Position numbers and translations under genes: made by a program
In this document: one piece after another, positions 1-13,100 of the stretch
How positions within the stretch are numbered: position 1 is the stretch's first letter
How the letters are laid out: each line of letters opens with the position of its first letter
Assembly: GCF_963921235.1 (NCBI RefSeq)
Contig: NC_086108.1
Location: 114,268,001-114,332,000 of the forward strand
DNA from: Mobula hypostoma
Lineage: Eukaryota
Direction: 5' to 3'
Length of the DNA: 64,000 nt
The notes under the pieces: generated by a model
Databases searched by the model: none
What the model saw: only the letters and a program-made list of their open reading frames with translations
What the model was told of the DNA's origin: nothing

Positions 1-1030
1 TGATCATGAGGATCCAGAATTGGCTTTGTGCAGAAGGTAGAGGGTGATAGTAGATGGAATGTATTTTGCCTGGAGTTCGGTGACCAGATCAGTGACCAGG
101 GATCTGCTCTGGACCTCTGTTCTTTGTGATTTTTATAAATGACTTGGATGAGGACGGGGAGGGAGTTCGTAAGGTTTACTAATGACGCAGAGGCTGGTGG
201 TGTTGTGGACAATGTGGAAGGTTGTGGTAGATTACAATCGGACATTGACAGGAAGCACAGATGGGCTGAGAAGTGGCAGATGCAGTTCAACCCAGAGCAC
301 TGTGAAGTGATTCACTTTAGAATTTGAATTTGAAGGTAATGTGGTAGGATTCTTGCCAGTGTGGAGGAACAGGGGGATCTTGGGGTCCACGTCCCTAGAT
401 CCCTCAAAGTTGCTGCACAAGTTGATAGAGTAGCTAAGAAGGCGTGTGGTATGTTAGCTTTCATTAGTCAGGGAACTAAGGTAAAGAGCCGCAAGGTAAT
501 GGTGCAGCTCTATAAAACTCTGGTTAGGCCACACTTGGGGTATCGTGTTCAGTTCTGGTCACCTCATTATAGGAAGGATGTGGAAGCATTAGAGAGGGTG
601 AGGAGGAGATTTACCAGGATGTTGCCTGGATTAGAGAGCATTGATAATGAGGATAGGTTGAGTGAACTAGGACTTTTCTCTTCAGAGTGAAGGAGGATGA
701 GTTGTGACTTGACAGAGGTGTACAGGATGTTAAGAGGCGTTGATGGAGTGGACAGTCATAGACTTTGTCCCCGGGTATAAATGGCTAATACAACTGGGTA
801 TAAATTTAAGATGGTTCTGGAAAGTATATGGGGATGTCAGAGGTAAGTTTTTACATAGAGAATGGTGGGTGTGTGGAACGCACTACAAAGGTGGTGCCTG
901 AGATAACGGTAGAGGCAAATACATTAGGGACATTTAAGAGACTCTTAGATGGCACATGGTTGATAGAGAAATGGAGGCTATGTAGGATGGAAGGGTTAGA
1001 TTGATCTTGAAGTAGATTAAAGGATGGGCA
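1..1030 (+). mobile_element. CR1 LINE 3' portion (RT C-terminus), decayed
   Basis: WAEKWQMQFNPEHCEV and [10 protein letters not shown]...[17 protein letters not shown], with stops and frameshifts. Confidence 0.9.
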
Positions 1031-1058
1031 TGACATTGTCTCTCCTCTCCCTCTACAG

Positions 1059-1132
1059 GCACTGCACAGACATTCTCTGCTGCGTGTTATTTGTTGTGGT
1101 AATCCTCGGCTACATCGCCCTGGGAGTGATCG
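1059..1132 (+). CDS. SLC44A5: SLC44A5 exon 1 in window (TM1; [24 protein letters not shown])
   Basis: Acceptor ctctccctctacag, donor gtgagt; 74 nt; phase 2 to 1. Confidence 0.93.
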
Positions 1133-4100
1133 GTGAGTACGATGGTTTATCCCTCAATCCCAAGGACTGGGAAGCAGAGGGGCATGAGCCTGTGGAGTTT
1201 TCTACCCTGGAGGGATTGAAAGACAGGGGCAGATACACTTATAGAGCGATTGGGGTAATTGAGAAGGGGAGATGTGGCCTGCGTCAGAACAACCATGGTC
1301 ACAGTGAGAGGTGGGACAGGGCTGAGGGGCTAATGGCCTCTTCCAGCCCCTGCTTTTCCAAGTTCTCAATTCCAGTCTTTCTGGGAATGAGGCACCTTCC
1401 CTTCTTTACATCTGCTCAGCTAGGACAGTGGAAATGTCAGGCAGGATAGTGAAATGCTCCTCTTGCAAGATGCGGGAAGGCAAGGAGATCTCCCTGATGG
1501 CTTCAAGTGCGAGAAGTTTACCCAGCTGTAGCTTCTAAGAACCCGCGTTCAGGAGTTGGAAGTGAAACTGGATGAACTCTGCATCATTCGGGAGGCTGAA
1601 GAGGTGATAGATAGGACATATAGAGAGGTAGTTACACCCAAGGTGCAGGACACAGGAAACTGGGTGACTGTCAGGAAGGGGAAAGGGGTTAGGGAGCCAG
1701 TGCAGAATACCCCTGTGGCCGTCCCCCTCAATAACAGGTATGTCACTTTGGATATTGTCGGGAGGAATGATCTAACAGAGGAAAGTCACAGTGGTCGGGT
1801 ATCTGTCACTGAGTCTGCCCCTGTGACTCAGAAGGGAAGGGGGAAAAAGAGTGCTGTGATGATAGCACACCCTAGTTGGGGGAACGGACAGAAGGTTCTG
1901 TGGGCAAGAACGAGATTCGCAAATGTTGCGTTGCCTCCCAGGTGCCAGGGTCTGGGACATCTCGGATCGAGTCTTCTGCATTCTTAAGTGGGAGGTGAAT
2001 AGCCAGAGGCTGTGGTCCTTGTAGGTACCAATGACACGGGTAAAACAAGTGACGAGGTTCTGCATAGGGAGTTCAGGGAGTTAGGTACTAAGTGAAAGGG
2101 CAGGACCTCCAGGGTTGTGATCTCAGGATTGCTGCCTGTGCCACGTGCTAGTGAGGCCAGAACTGGAAGATTATACAGTTTAATACATGGCTAAGGAGTT
2201 GGTGTAGGAGGAAAGGCATAAGATTTTTGGATCATTGGGCTCTCTTCCAGGGAAAGTGGGATCTGCACAGAAGGGATGGTTTGCACCTGAACTGGAGGGG
2301 GACTAATATCCCAGTGGGAAGGTTTGTTAATACTGCACGGTGGAGTTTAAACTAGAGTTGTAGAGGATGGGAACCAGAGTGCTGGAACAGTTAGTGGAGA
2401 GGTTGTGAAAACAGATGTTGTTAAGACCTCAGACAAGTCACAAACCAAAAGGTTGAGCATGGTGCCACTAGTGTCCAGAGCTGCAAATATTTCAATGCAA
2501 GAAATTATCAGAGGAAAGGTGGGTGAGCTCAGGGCCTGGATCAATACCTGGAATTGTGACATCGTAGCCATTAGTGAGACTTGGTTGTGGGAAGGCTGGA
2601 GTGCAAGCTCAATATTCTGGTGTTTCTGCTGAGTTCCTCCAGGACTTTGTGTGTGTTATTCCGGGATTATGTCGTTTTAGACCTGATATTGGAGGAGGGC
2701 TGGCATTACTTGTCAGGGAAAATGTCACCGCAGGTCTACATTAGGACAGATCGGAAAACTCAACTAGTGAGGCATTGTGGGTGGACCTGAGAAATGAGAG
2801 AGGTATGACCACTTTAATGAGGCTATATTACAGACCACCCAAGAGTCCGAGGGGTTTCAAGGAACAAATTTGTAAAGAGATCACAGACTGTTGCAAGAAA
2901 CGTAAGGTACACATATTGACTGAGAATTCCATACTGTAAAAGGACTAGATGGGATAGAATTTGTCAAATGGGTTGAGAAAAGTTTCCTCATCAGTATATA
3001 GAATTTTAGGGAATGAGTCAGGGCAGGTGACAGAAGTTTGTGTAGTGGAACACTTTACGTCCAGTGACTGCAATGTCATCAGTTTCAAGGTAAGTATGCA
3101 GAAAGATAGGTCTGGTCCACAGGCTGAGATTCTAAACTGGAGAAAGGCCAATTTTAAAGATATCAGAAGTGATTTGGCAAGTGTGGAGTGGGACAGGCTG
3201 CTTCCTGGCCTTCAAAGACAAATTTTTGAGAGTACAAACCTTGGTATGTGCCTTTCAGAATAAAAGGTAAAGATAACAAGTGCAGGGAATCTTGGTTTTC
3301 AATGGGTATCGAGGCCCTGGTCAAGAGGAAAAAGGAGGTGATTATGGGGTATAAGAAATGCAAGAGAACACTTAAAGAAAGAAATCAGGAGGGCTAAAAG
3401 AAGGCATGAAGTTGCTGTTGCAGACAAGGTGAAAGAAAATCCTGAAGAATTGTACAGATATGTTAAGCAGAAGGATTGCAAGGGACAAAATTAGTCCTTT
3501 GGAACACCAGAATGGTAATCCATCTGTGGAGCCCAAACACGTAGAGGAGGTCTTTGCATCTATATTTACTCAAGAGATGGATACAGAGTTTAGAGAAGTA
3601 ACGCAAAGCAGGATCAACTTCATGGACACTGTACAGATTTCAGAGAATTTATACTGAATTGACTTTATTTCTTACATCCTTTACATACGAGGAGTAAAAA
3701 TCTTCACATTACATCTCCATCTAAATGTGCAAAGTGTTATTATAGTAATTTATAATAAATAGAACAGTCAATATAACATAGAGTACACTCAAATCAGCGT
3801 GAGTTCATCAGTCTGATGGCCTGGTGGAAGAAGCTGTCCCGGAGCCTGTTGGTCCTGGCTTTTATGCTGTGGTACCGTTTCCCAGATGGTAGCCGCTGGA
3901 ATAGATTGTGGTTGGGGTGACTCGGGTCCCCAATGATCCTTCGGGCTCTTTTTACACACCTGTCCTTGTAAGTGTCCTGAATCATGGGAAGTTCACAACT
4001 ACAGATGTGCTGGGCTGTCCGCACCACTCTCTGCAGAGTCCTGCGATTAAGGGAGGTACAGTTGGAAGAGGTGTTTGACACCCTGAGGCACATCAGGGTG

Positions 4101-7100
4101 GATAAATCCCCAGGGCCTGACAAGGTGTTCCCTCAGACCCTATGGGAGGAAGTTCAGTGACGGAGAGGTACCAAAGGATTGGAGGATAGTCAAGGTTGTT
4201 CTGCTGTTTAAAAAAATAATCCAGAAAATTATAGGCCAGTGAGTCTGACATCAGTTGTGGGAAAGTATTCTAAGGGATGGTTATACAAGTATTTGGATAG
4301 ACATGGACTGATTAAGGTTAGTCAGCATGACTTTGTGCATGGTAGGTCATGTCTATCCAATCTTATAGAGTTCTTCGAGGAAGTTACCAGGAAAGTGGAT
4401 GAAGGTGGTGGATGTTATCTACATGGACTTTAAGAAGGCATTTGACAAGGTCCCACATGGGAGGCTGGCCACGAAGGTTCATTTACTCGGATGAGGTAGT
4501 AAATTGGATTAGACATTGGCTTCGTGGGAGAAGCCAGAGAGCGGTAGTAGAGGGTGGCCTCTCTAACTGGAGGCCTGTGACTAGTGGTGTACCACTGGGA
4601 TCAGTGCTGGGTCCTTTGATGTTTGGTTTGAACAACAACTGAACCTCTTGACCATGTCTACATGCTTTTATGCATTGAGTTGCTGCCACATGATTGGCTG
4701 ATTAAATATTTGCATTAACGAGCAGTCGTACAGGTGTACTTAATAAAGTGGCCACTGGGTGTCTGTACTTTGAGATTCATTTTCTTGCAGGCACTCACAG
4801 GAAAATAATAACTCTGCAGCCTAATCCAAGCTCACGGAACTGGATCGGCTTCCAAACAATGGCCAGCATTACGGGCAATTCTTTGTGTTCCCTGAAGAGC
4901 TGGCAGCCACGTCACTTGTAGTGGAATGCACGCTGTGGACAGACACACAGACACAATACTGTCTCCGTGCCAACATGAGTCAGTTGTTGGCAGATGGTTG
5001 GGTGACATTTACTAAGGAATCATGTTGTCAGCTCAAACAGCCCAGTTATTGTCATTTGAGGCATTCTAGAGGGACAGTGATAGCTGGGGTCACTGACAGG
5101 GAGACTCAGTCAGCTCCTTCAGCTGAAAGCACCTTTCTTTTGAGCTGTTTACATCTCACTTTGAAGCTTCTGGCAAGACTGCAAAGATAACCAAACGTTC
5201 AAGTTCAACAGAGCGGGTAAAGCCACTACCCGCCAGCTCCAGAGACCCGGGCTTGACCCTGACCTCTGGCACTGTCTGTGTGGAGTTTGCACGTTCTCCC
5301 TGTGACTGCGAGGTTTCCCCCGGATGCTCCGGTTCCTCCCACACCCATAAAGATGTGCGGGTTGGTGGGATAGTTGGCCACTGTGTGGGTGAGGGGTGGA
5401 ATCTGGGGTAAATTAGATCAGGTTATCTTTGTTTATTATATAAACTTTGCAGTCCAAGGACGTGCTGGGAACAGCGCATGAGTGTTTTCGTGCTTCTGGC
5501 ACCAGCAGAGCACGCCCACAGCTCACCAGCCCTAACCCGTATGCCTCTGGAGTGTGTGGGGAAACCTGGGCGATCACAGGGAGAGTTGCTGGTGTTGTAA
5601 AGCATATTGGTAACCGCTATGATACCATGCACCCCCAGCCCAGTGCTGCAACCTCATTTCAGCTCAGAGGGCCGTCAGTGTGTATGTGTGTGTGGGGTGT
5701 TTGAGTGTGGACTGGGTACCATCCAATTTCACTCTCCCTCTGGCACCGTGCTTCGAATGTTATTTGCTTACTTTTAATGTTTGCACGATTTGTTTTCTTC
5801 TGCACATTGGCTGTTTGACAGTTTTCTTTTTTATGGATTCTGCATTGTTTCTTTGTTTTGTGACTGATCGATGTCGAGGTTGTATATGGTATACACGTGT
5901 TGGTCTGTGCTGCATGGGGAAAAACCTGAGGGGGAGATTTATCGTGAACAGCCGATGCACAGAGGCAGTACCACTCTCTCGCCCTCAAAAATCTTGGTCT
6001 AGGGGTACGAAAAATCGTCATGACTGGAGACTCCCTCAGCTGCAGTGGATGACCGTGACGCCTTCTGTGCCTTGTCGTGCCCTTGGCTTTCCACGAAGCG
6101 TTGCAGCTCTGCCCTCTTGGCCGTGGGATCTTGTAGTCCATCTCATCCGCCCAGTCTGCTGGAACTGGCTTTGTATGCTGGGGTAGGCAAATCCCTGTCT
6201 CACCAGGGCTGGAGGTTCCCAGCTACCCTCACCCGGTTCAGCCTTTTGGAGCAGTGCCCCAGGGTATGGACGCTGTCACAGACGAACAGTTACATGGAGC
6301 CACGGGCGAGAGCTGGGTGGCAGGTGGGGACCAAAGGTGGGCGAGCTGCCCCAGGGTGGAGCACAACACCCCCCCCCCACCAGAGGTACTACCCCTCCCT
6401 GACACCCCATGCACCCTATATGGTATACATACTTTGATAATAAATGCACTTTGAACGTTGAACTTTGGTGTCAGCTATCACAATAGGTGTGGCTAGAGAG
6501 TAGTGAGGGTACACAGAGGGGAGTGAGGGCCTGACACGAGCTGTCAGACGAAGTGGTTGAGGCAGATAGAATTTTAACATTTATAGACCGTAGGATATAG
6601 GAGCAGAGTTAGGCCATCTGGCCCATCGAGTTTGTTCCGCCATTCAATCATGGTTGATCCTTTCCTTTTCTCCTCCTCCCAGCTCCCGGCCTTCTCCCCA
6701 TAACCTTTGATGCCATGTCCAATCAAGAACTTACCCATCTCTGCCTTAAATACACTCAATGACCTGGCCTCCACAGCTGTAAGTGACAACACATTCCACA
6801 AATTCACCACCCATTGCCTAAAGTAATGTCTCCGCATCTCTGTATTGGGGTCAGGGGGTATGGAGGGAAGGCTGGGGCGGGGTTCTGAGTTGGAAGATCA
6901 GCCGTGATCATAATAAATGGCGGTGCAGGCTCGAAGGGCCGAATGGCCTACTCCTGCACCTATTTTCTATGTTTCTATGAAAGGGTGCCCCTCTATTCTG
7001 AGGCTGTGCCCTCTTGTCTGAGACTCTCTCACTATGAGACACGTCCTTTCCACATCCACTTTGTATGTGGCCTTTCAACACACAAAAGTTTTCAATGAGA

Positions 7101-10100
7101 TCCCCCGCATCCTTCTGAATTCCAGCAAATACAGACCCAGAGTCATCAAACGTTCCCCATATGATAACCCTTTCATTCCTCGAATCATCTTTGTGAACCT
7201 CCTCTGCAACTCTCCAATACCAGCACATCTTTTCTGAGATGAGGAGCCCAAAACTGTTCACAATACTCAAGGTGAGTCCTCATTAGTGCCTTATAAAGCC
7301 TCAGCATCACATCCTTGCTCTTGTATTCTAGACCTCATGAAATGATTGCTAACATTGCATTTGCCTTCCTCACCACTGACTCAACCTGCAAGTTAAACTT
7401 TAGGGTGTTTTGCACAAGGACTCCCAAGTCCCTTTGAATCTTGCCCATTCTCCTAATCTGTCTAAGTCCTTCTGCATCCTAACTGTTTCCTCAACACAAC
7501 CCACCCCTCCACCAATTTTCATATCATCTGCAAACTTGGCAACAAAGCCATCTATTCCATCATCTAAATAATTGACATATAGCATTAAAAGAAGTGGTCC
7601 TAACACTGACCCCTGTGAAACAGCACTGGCAGCCAACCAGAAAAGGATCCTTTTATTCCCACTTGCTATCTCCTACCAATCAGCCAATGCTTTAACCATG
7701 TTATTAACTTTCTTGTAATACCATGGGCTCTTAACCTGGTAAGGAGCCTCATGTGTGGCACCTTGTCAAAGGCCTTCCGAAAGTCCAAATATACAACATC
7801 CACTGCATCTCCTTTATCAATCCTACTTGTAATCTCCTCAAAAAAATTCCAACTGGTTCGTCAGGTAGGATTTTCCCTGAAGGAAACCATGCTGAATTTG
7901 TCCTACCTTGTCCTGTGTCACCAAGTACTCCATAACCTCATCCTTAACAATTGACTTTAACATCTTCCCAACCACTGAGGTCAGGCCAACTGGTCTATAA
8001 TTTCCTTTCTGCTGCCTTCCTCCTTTCTTAAAGAGTGGAGTGACATTTGCAATTTTCCAGTCCTCTGGCGCCATGCCAGAGTCCAATGATTTTTAAAAGA
8101 TCATTTCTAATGTCACCACAATCTCTAATGCTATCTCTTTCTGAACCCTAGGGTGCAGTTCCTCTGGCCCGGGTGACTTATGTACCTTTAGGTCTTTCAG
8201 CTTTTTGAGCACCTTCTCTCTTGTAACAGTAACTGCACCCACTTCTCTTCCTTCACACACTACAACATCAGGCATACTGCTTGTGTCTTCCACAGTGAAG
8301 AATGACGCAAAATACTCATTTAGTTCATCAGCCATCTCCTTGTCCCCTGTTATTATTTCTCCTGCCTCATTTTCTAGCAGTCCTATATCCACTCTCATTT
8401 CTCTTTTATTTTTAACATACTTGGAAAAAACTTTTACTGTCCATTTTGATATTATTTGCTAGCTTGCTTTCATATTTAATCTTTTCCCTTCTAATGATTT
8501 TTTTTAGTTTCTCTCTATAGGTTTTTAAAAACTTCCCAGTCCTTTATCTTCCCACTAATTTTTGCTTTGTTGTATGCTTGTTCTTTTTGCATTTACGATA
8601 GCTTTGACTTCCCTTGTCAGCCATTTGTGAGGCACTTGAAGCTGGAATGTGCAGTTACACTGACAGGTTGCCCTTGGCACATCCTTGGGTGTGTTGGTTA
8701 TAAATGCAAATGACACAGTTCATTGCATGTTTCAACATAGACGTGATATATATGAATTGGAATCTTGAATCTGTATGGAGGTGAGGAGTTTGGGCAGTTA
8801 TTTGCCAAATGCAGGTAACCTGGACAAGTAGAAACGACCTTCTTATTTCAACCCTTTCCTTTCCGGATAGATGGATAGATAGATACTTTATTAATCCCAA
8901 AAGAAATTTGTGACACTGTAGCATTACAAGTGCACAGATATACAAATATTAGAAGAAAGAATAAAAAAAGTTACCTTTGTACAAGATTTATAAGTCAAAG
9001 ATGACAAGATATACGAGTTCACACTGATAAGATGGTCGTGCAAGAATTACTGTAATATTACACAGTAATGGGTGCACATTTTCACCGTCTGGATAAGAAG
9101 TGATGGTAGTATTGCACAGTGTGTCCGCGGTGCAGGGTGTGATAAACAAAGCTTAAACAGAGGCTAATAACAGTCTAACAGGAGGGGTCATCACTTCCCT
9201 CACTATAGGCTGACTCATTATAGAGCCTTATGGCCGAGGGTAAGAATGACCTCATATAGCGCTCTTTGGGACAGCGTGGTTGTCTTAGTCTGTTACTGAA
9301 ACTGCTCCTCTGTTCAGCCAAGGTGGCATGCAATGGGTGAAAAACTTTGTCCAGAATTGCCAGAATTTTCTGAAGGGTTCTTTGTTCTACCACAGACTCC
9401 AGTGTGTCCAGTTTGACAGAGCCAGCCTTTCTCATCAGTTTATTGAGCCTGTTGGCATCACACATGTTGATGCTACTGCCCTAGTACACCACCACCCACA
9501 GTGGCATGCAAATGTTTGGGCACCCCGGTCAAAATTTCTGTTACTGTGAACAGTTAAGTGAGTAGAAGATGAACTGATCTCCAAAAATCATAATGTTAAA
9601 GATGAAACATTCTTTTCAACATTTTAAGCAAGATTAGTGTGTTATTTTTGTTTCGTACAATTTTAGAGTGAAAAAAAGGAACGGAGCACCATGCAAAAGT
9701 TTGGGCACCCCAAGAAGTTTGAGCTCTCAGACAACTTTTACCAAGGTCTCAGACCTTAATTAGCTTGTTAGGGCTATGGCTTGTTCACAGTCATTGTTAG
9801 GAAAGGCCAGGTGATGCAAATTTCAAGGCTTTATAAATACCCTGACTCCTCAAACCTTGTCCCAACAATCAGCAGCCATGGGCTCCTCTAAGCAGCTGCC
9901 TAGCACTCTGAAAATTAAAATAAATGATGCCCACAAGCAGGAGAAGCCTATAAGAAGATAGCAAAGCGTTTTCAGGTAGCCGTTTCCTCAGTTCGTAATG
10001 TAATTAAGAAATGGCAAGTTAACAGGAACGGTGGAGGTCAAGTTGAGGTCTGGAAGACCAAGAAAACTTTCCAAGAGAACTGCTCGTAGGATTGCTGGAA

Positions 10101-13100
10101 AGGCAAAACAAAACCCTGTTTGACTGCAAAAGACTTTCAGGAAGATTTTAGCAGACTCTGGGGTGCTGGTGCACTGTTCTACTGTGCAGCGACACCTGCA
10201 CAAATATGACCTTCATGGAAGAGTCATCAGAAGAAAACCTTTCCTGCGTCCTCACCACAAAATTCAGCATCAGAAGTTTGCAAAGGAACATCTAAACAAG
10301 CCTGATGCATTTTGGAAACAAGTCCTGTGGACTGATGAGGTTAAAATAGAACTTTTTGGCGGCAATGAGCAAAGGTATGTTTGGAGAAAAAAGGGTGCAG
10401 AATTTCATGAAAAGAACCCCTCTCCAACTGTTAAGCACGGGGATGGATTGATCATGCTTTGGGCTTGTGTTGCAGCCAGTGGCACGGGGAACATTTCACT
10501 GGTAGAGGGAAGAATGAATTCAATTAAATACCAGCAAATTCTGGAAGCAAACATCACACCGTCTGTAAAAAAGCTGAAGATGAAAAGATGATGATTTCTA
10601 CAACAGGATAATGATCCTAAACACACCTCAAAATCCACAATGGACTACCTCAAGAGGCGCAAGCTGAAGCTATTGCCATGACCCTCACGGTCCCCCGACC
10701 AAAACATCATCAAGAATCTGTGGATAGACCTCAAAAGAGCAGTGCATGAAAGACGGCCCAAGAATCTCACAGAACTAGAAGCGTTTTGCAAGGAAGAATG
10801 AGCGAAAATCCCGCAAACAAGAATTGAAAGACTCTTAGCTGGCTACAGAAAGCATTTACAAGCTGTGATACCTGCCAAAGGGTGTGTTACTAGGTACTGA
10901 CCATGCAGGGTGCCCAAACTTTTGCTTCAGGCCCTTTTCCTTTTTTGTTATTTTGAAACTGTAAAAGATGGAAATAAAAAAGTAATCTTGCTTAAAATAT
11001 TAAAGAAATGTGTCATCTTTAACTTTATGTCTTTTGGAAATCAGGTCATCTTTTACTCACTTAGCTATTCACAGTAACAAATTTTGACTGGGGTGCCCGA
11101 AATTTTGACTGGGGTGCCCAAACTTTTGCATGCCATTGTATAAGACTGTACTGCCGACAACATACTGGTAGAACGTGTGAAGGAGAGGCCTGCATAGCCC
11201 AAAGGACCTCAGTCTACTCAGGAAGTAGAGGCGACTCTGGCCCTTATTATACACAGTCTCTGTGTTGGTGCTCCACTCAAGTCTGTCATCCAGTTGTAAC
11301 CCCAGGCACTTGTAGATCCTCACTGCATCCACGTCCTCACCAACAGCAGTAACAAAGTCCTCCACCAGGGTCCTGTATTTATCCTTCTGTTCTCCCTTTA
11401 TACACCCAACTATTGCTAGGTCATCAGAGAATTTCCGCAGATGACACGACACTGTGTTGTATGACTGAGGTACACAGGGTAAACAGAGGGAGCTAATACA
11501 GTCCCCCGTGGGGCCCCAGTGCTGCTTATAGCCATGTCTGACACACAACTCTGAAGCTGCACAAACTGTGGTCTGCCAGTCAGGTAGTCCATTATCCGGG
11601 ATACAATGGAAGTGCCGATCTGCTTTGAATGGCGCTTTTCCCCCAGCAATGAGGGTTGTATGGTCTTAAAGGCACTTGACCAGTCAAAGAACATGATCCT
11701 CACAGCACTGCCCTGCTTATCCACATGGAAGTAGGCTCAGTTCAGCAGGTAGATGACTGTATCACTGACTCAAAGTGCTGCAGGGGACTGAGTGCTGATC
11801 TGACCAAGGGTTAGAGGTGAGCCAGGACCAGCATCTCTAGGGTCTTCATGATGTTTGAGGTCAGGGCCACTGGACAGTAGTTATTCAAGACTTTTGGTTG
11901 GCCCTTCTTGGATACTGGGAGCACACTTGATGTTTTCCACACAGTTGGGACCCTTTCCAGGCTGAGACTCAGATTGGAAATGCACTGGAGAATTCCACTT
12001 TGCTGCTCAGCACATTCCTTCAGGACCTTGCGGTTCATACTGTCCCGTGCCAATGCTTTGCCTTGTCTGAGTTTCCCCAGAGGGCTTCTCACCTGCTCAG
12101 TGGTGAAGGCGAGTCAATGATGACTGGGGAGTTGCTGGAAGGGTGAAGGGGGGGGGGGGGTGGTGAAGATCAGGACCATAGCAGTTGGTACGTGGAGATA
12201 TATATGACAGGTGCAGGGCAAGGAGGGGATGTAGATAGTGGTAGCCTGTGTGTTGTTCATCCACGTGTTGCACTGGATAGGGAAGGGGGAGGAGGGGAGG
12301 TGTTGGTGCTGAGGGAGCATTGGGTGCCTCGGCACCTGGACTGGTGTGCTGGGGTGGTGGTGAACAGGAGGGCAATTGTCAAACCTATTGAAGAATTGGT
12401 TTAACTCATTAGCCCGTTCTCAGCTGCATTCCAAGGGTTTACAGCCAGTGATGTTCTTCATACCTCTCCACACCTCCTGTGGGCTACTCTGCCCAGGCTT
12501 GTTCTCCATCTCTCTCCTGTATTCCTCTTCAGCCACCTTGATCTTCACCTTTAGCTCCCTCTGCACATGTTTCAACTCCTCTAAAGGCTCCCTCTCTGTG
12601 GTTGAGAAGAGCCTTTAGATCACTAGTGACCCATGGTTTGTTGTTAGGGAAGCACTGAACAGTCCTTGTGTCCACACAGAAGTTGCTGTCGCCAGTGATA
12701 CAATCAGTAAGCCCGTTAATGTCTTCCCCAAATGGTTGACAAAGCGCATTCCAGTCAGGAACCTCAAAGCAGCCCTTCAAAGCCTCCAGGGACCGTTTCT
12801 TTACTATCTTGGTGGTAGCCAGCTGTTGCTGTACTTGGGTCTTACAAGGACATGAGGTGAACCAGGTTGTGATCTGATCTTCCAAGTGGGGGGGGGAGAG
12901 CTGTAGAGCAGTATGCATCTTTAATCTTTGCATACATGAGGGAATGTTGAAATTTATTCCCTCCATAGATGCTGCCTGACCTGCTCAGCTCCTGAACATT
13001 TTGTGGGTGTTACTCAAGATTTTCAGCATCTGCAGAATCTCTTGTGTTTATGAGTAGCAGGGAGTGGGGGGGATGCTGTGGTCAGCTGGGACCGGTTGGG

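Noticed and set aside
1024..1449. 141-aa ORF as a single-exon gene or the gene start
   Set aside because: Only 1059-1132 matches SLC44; it has a strong acceptor and the upstream ATG lies in CR1-derived sequence
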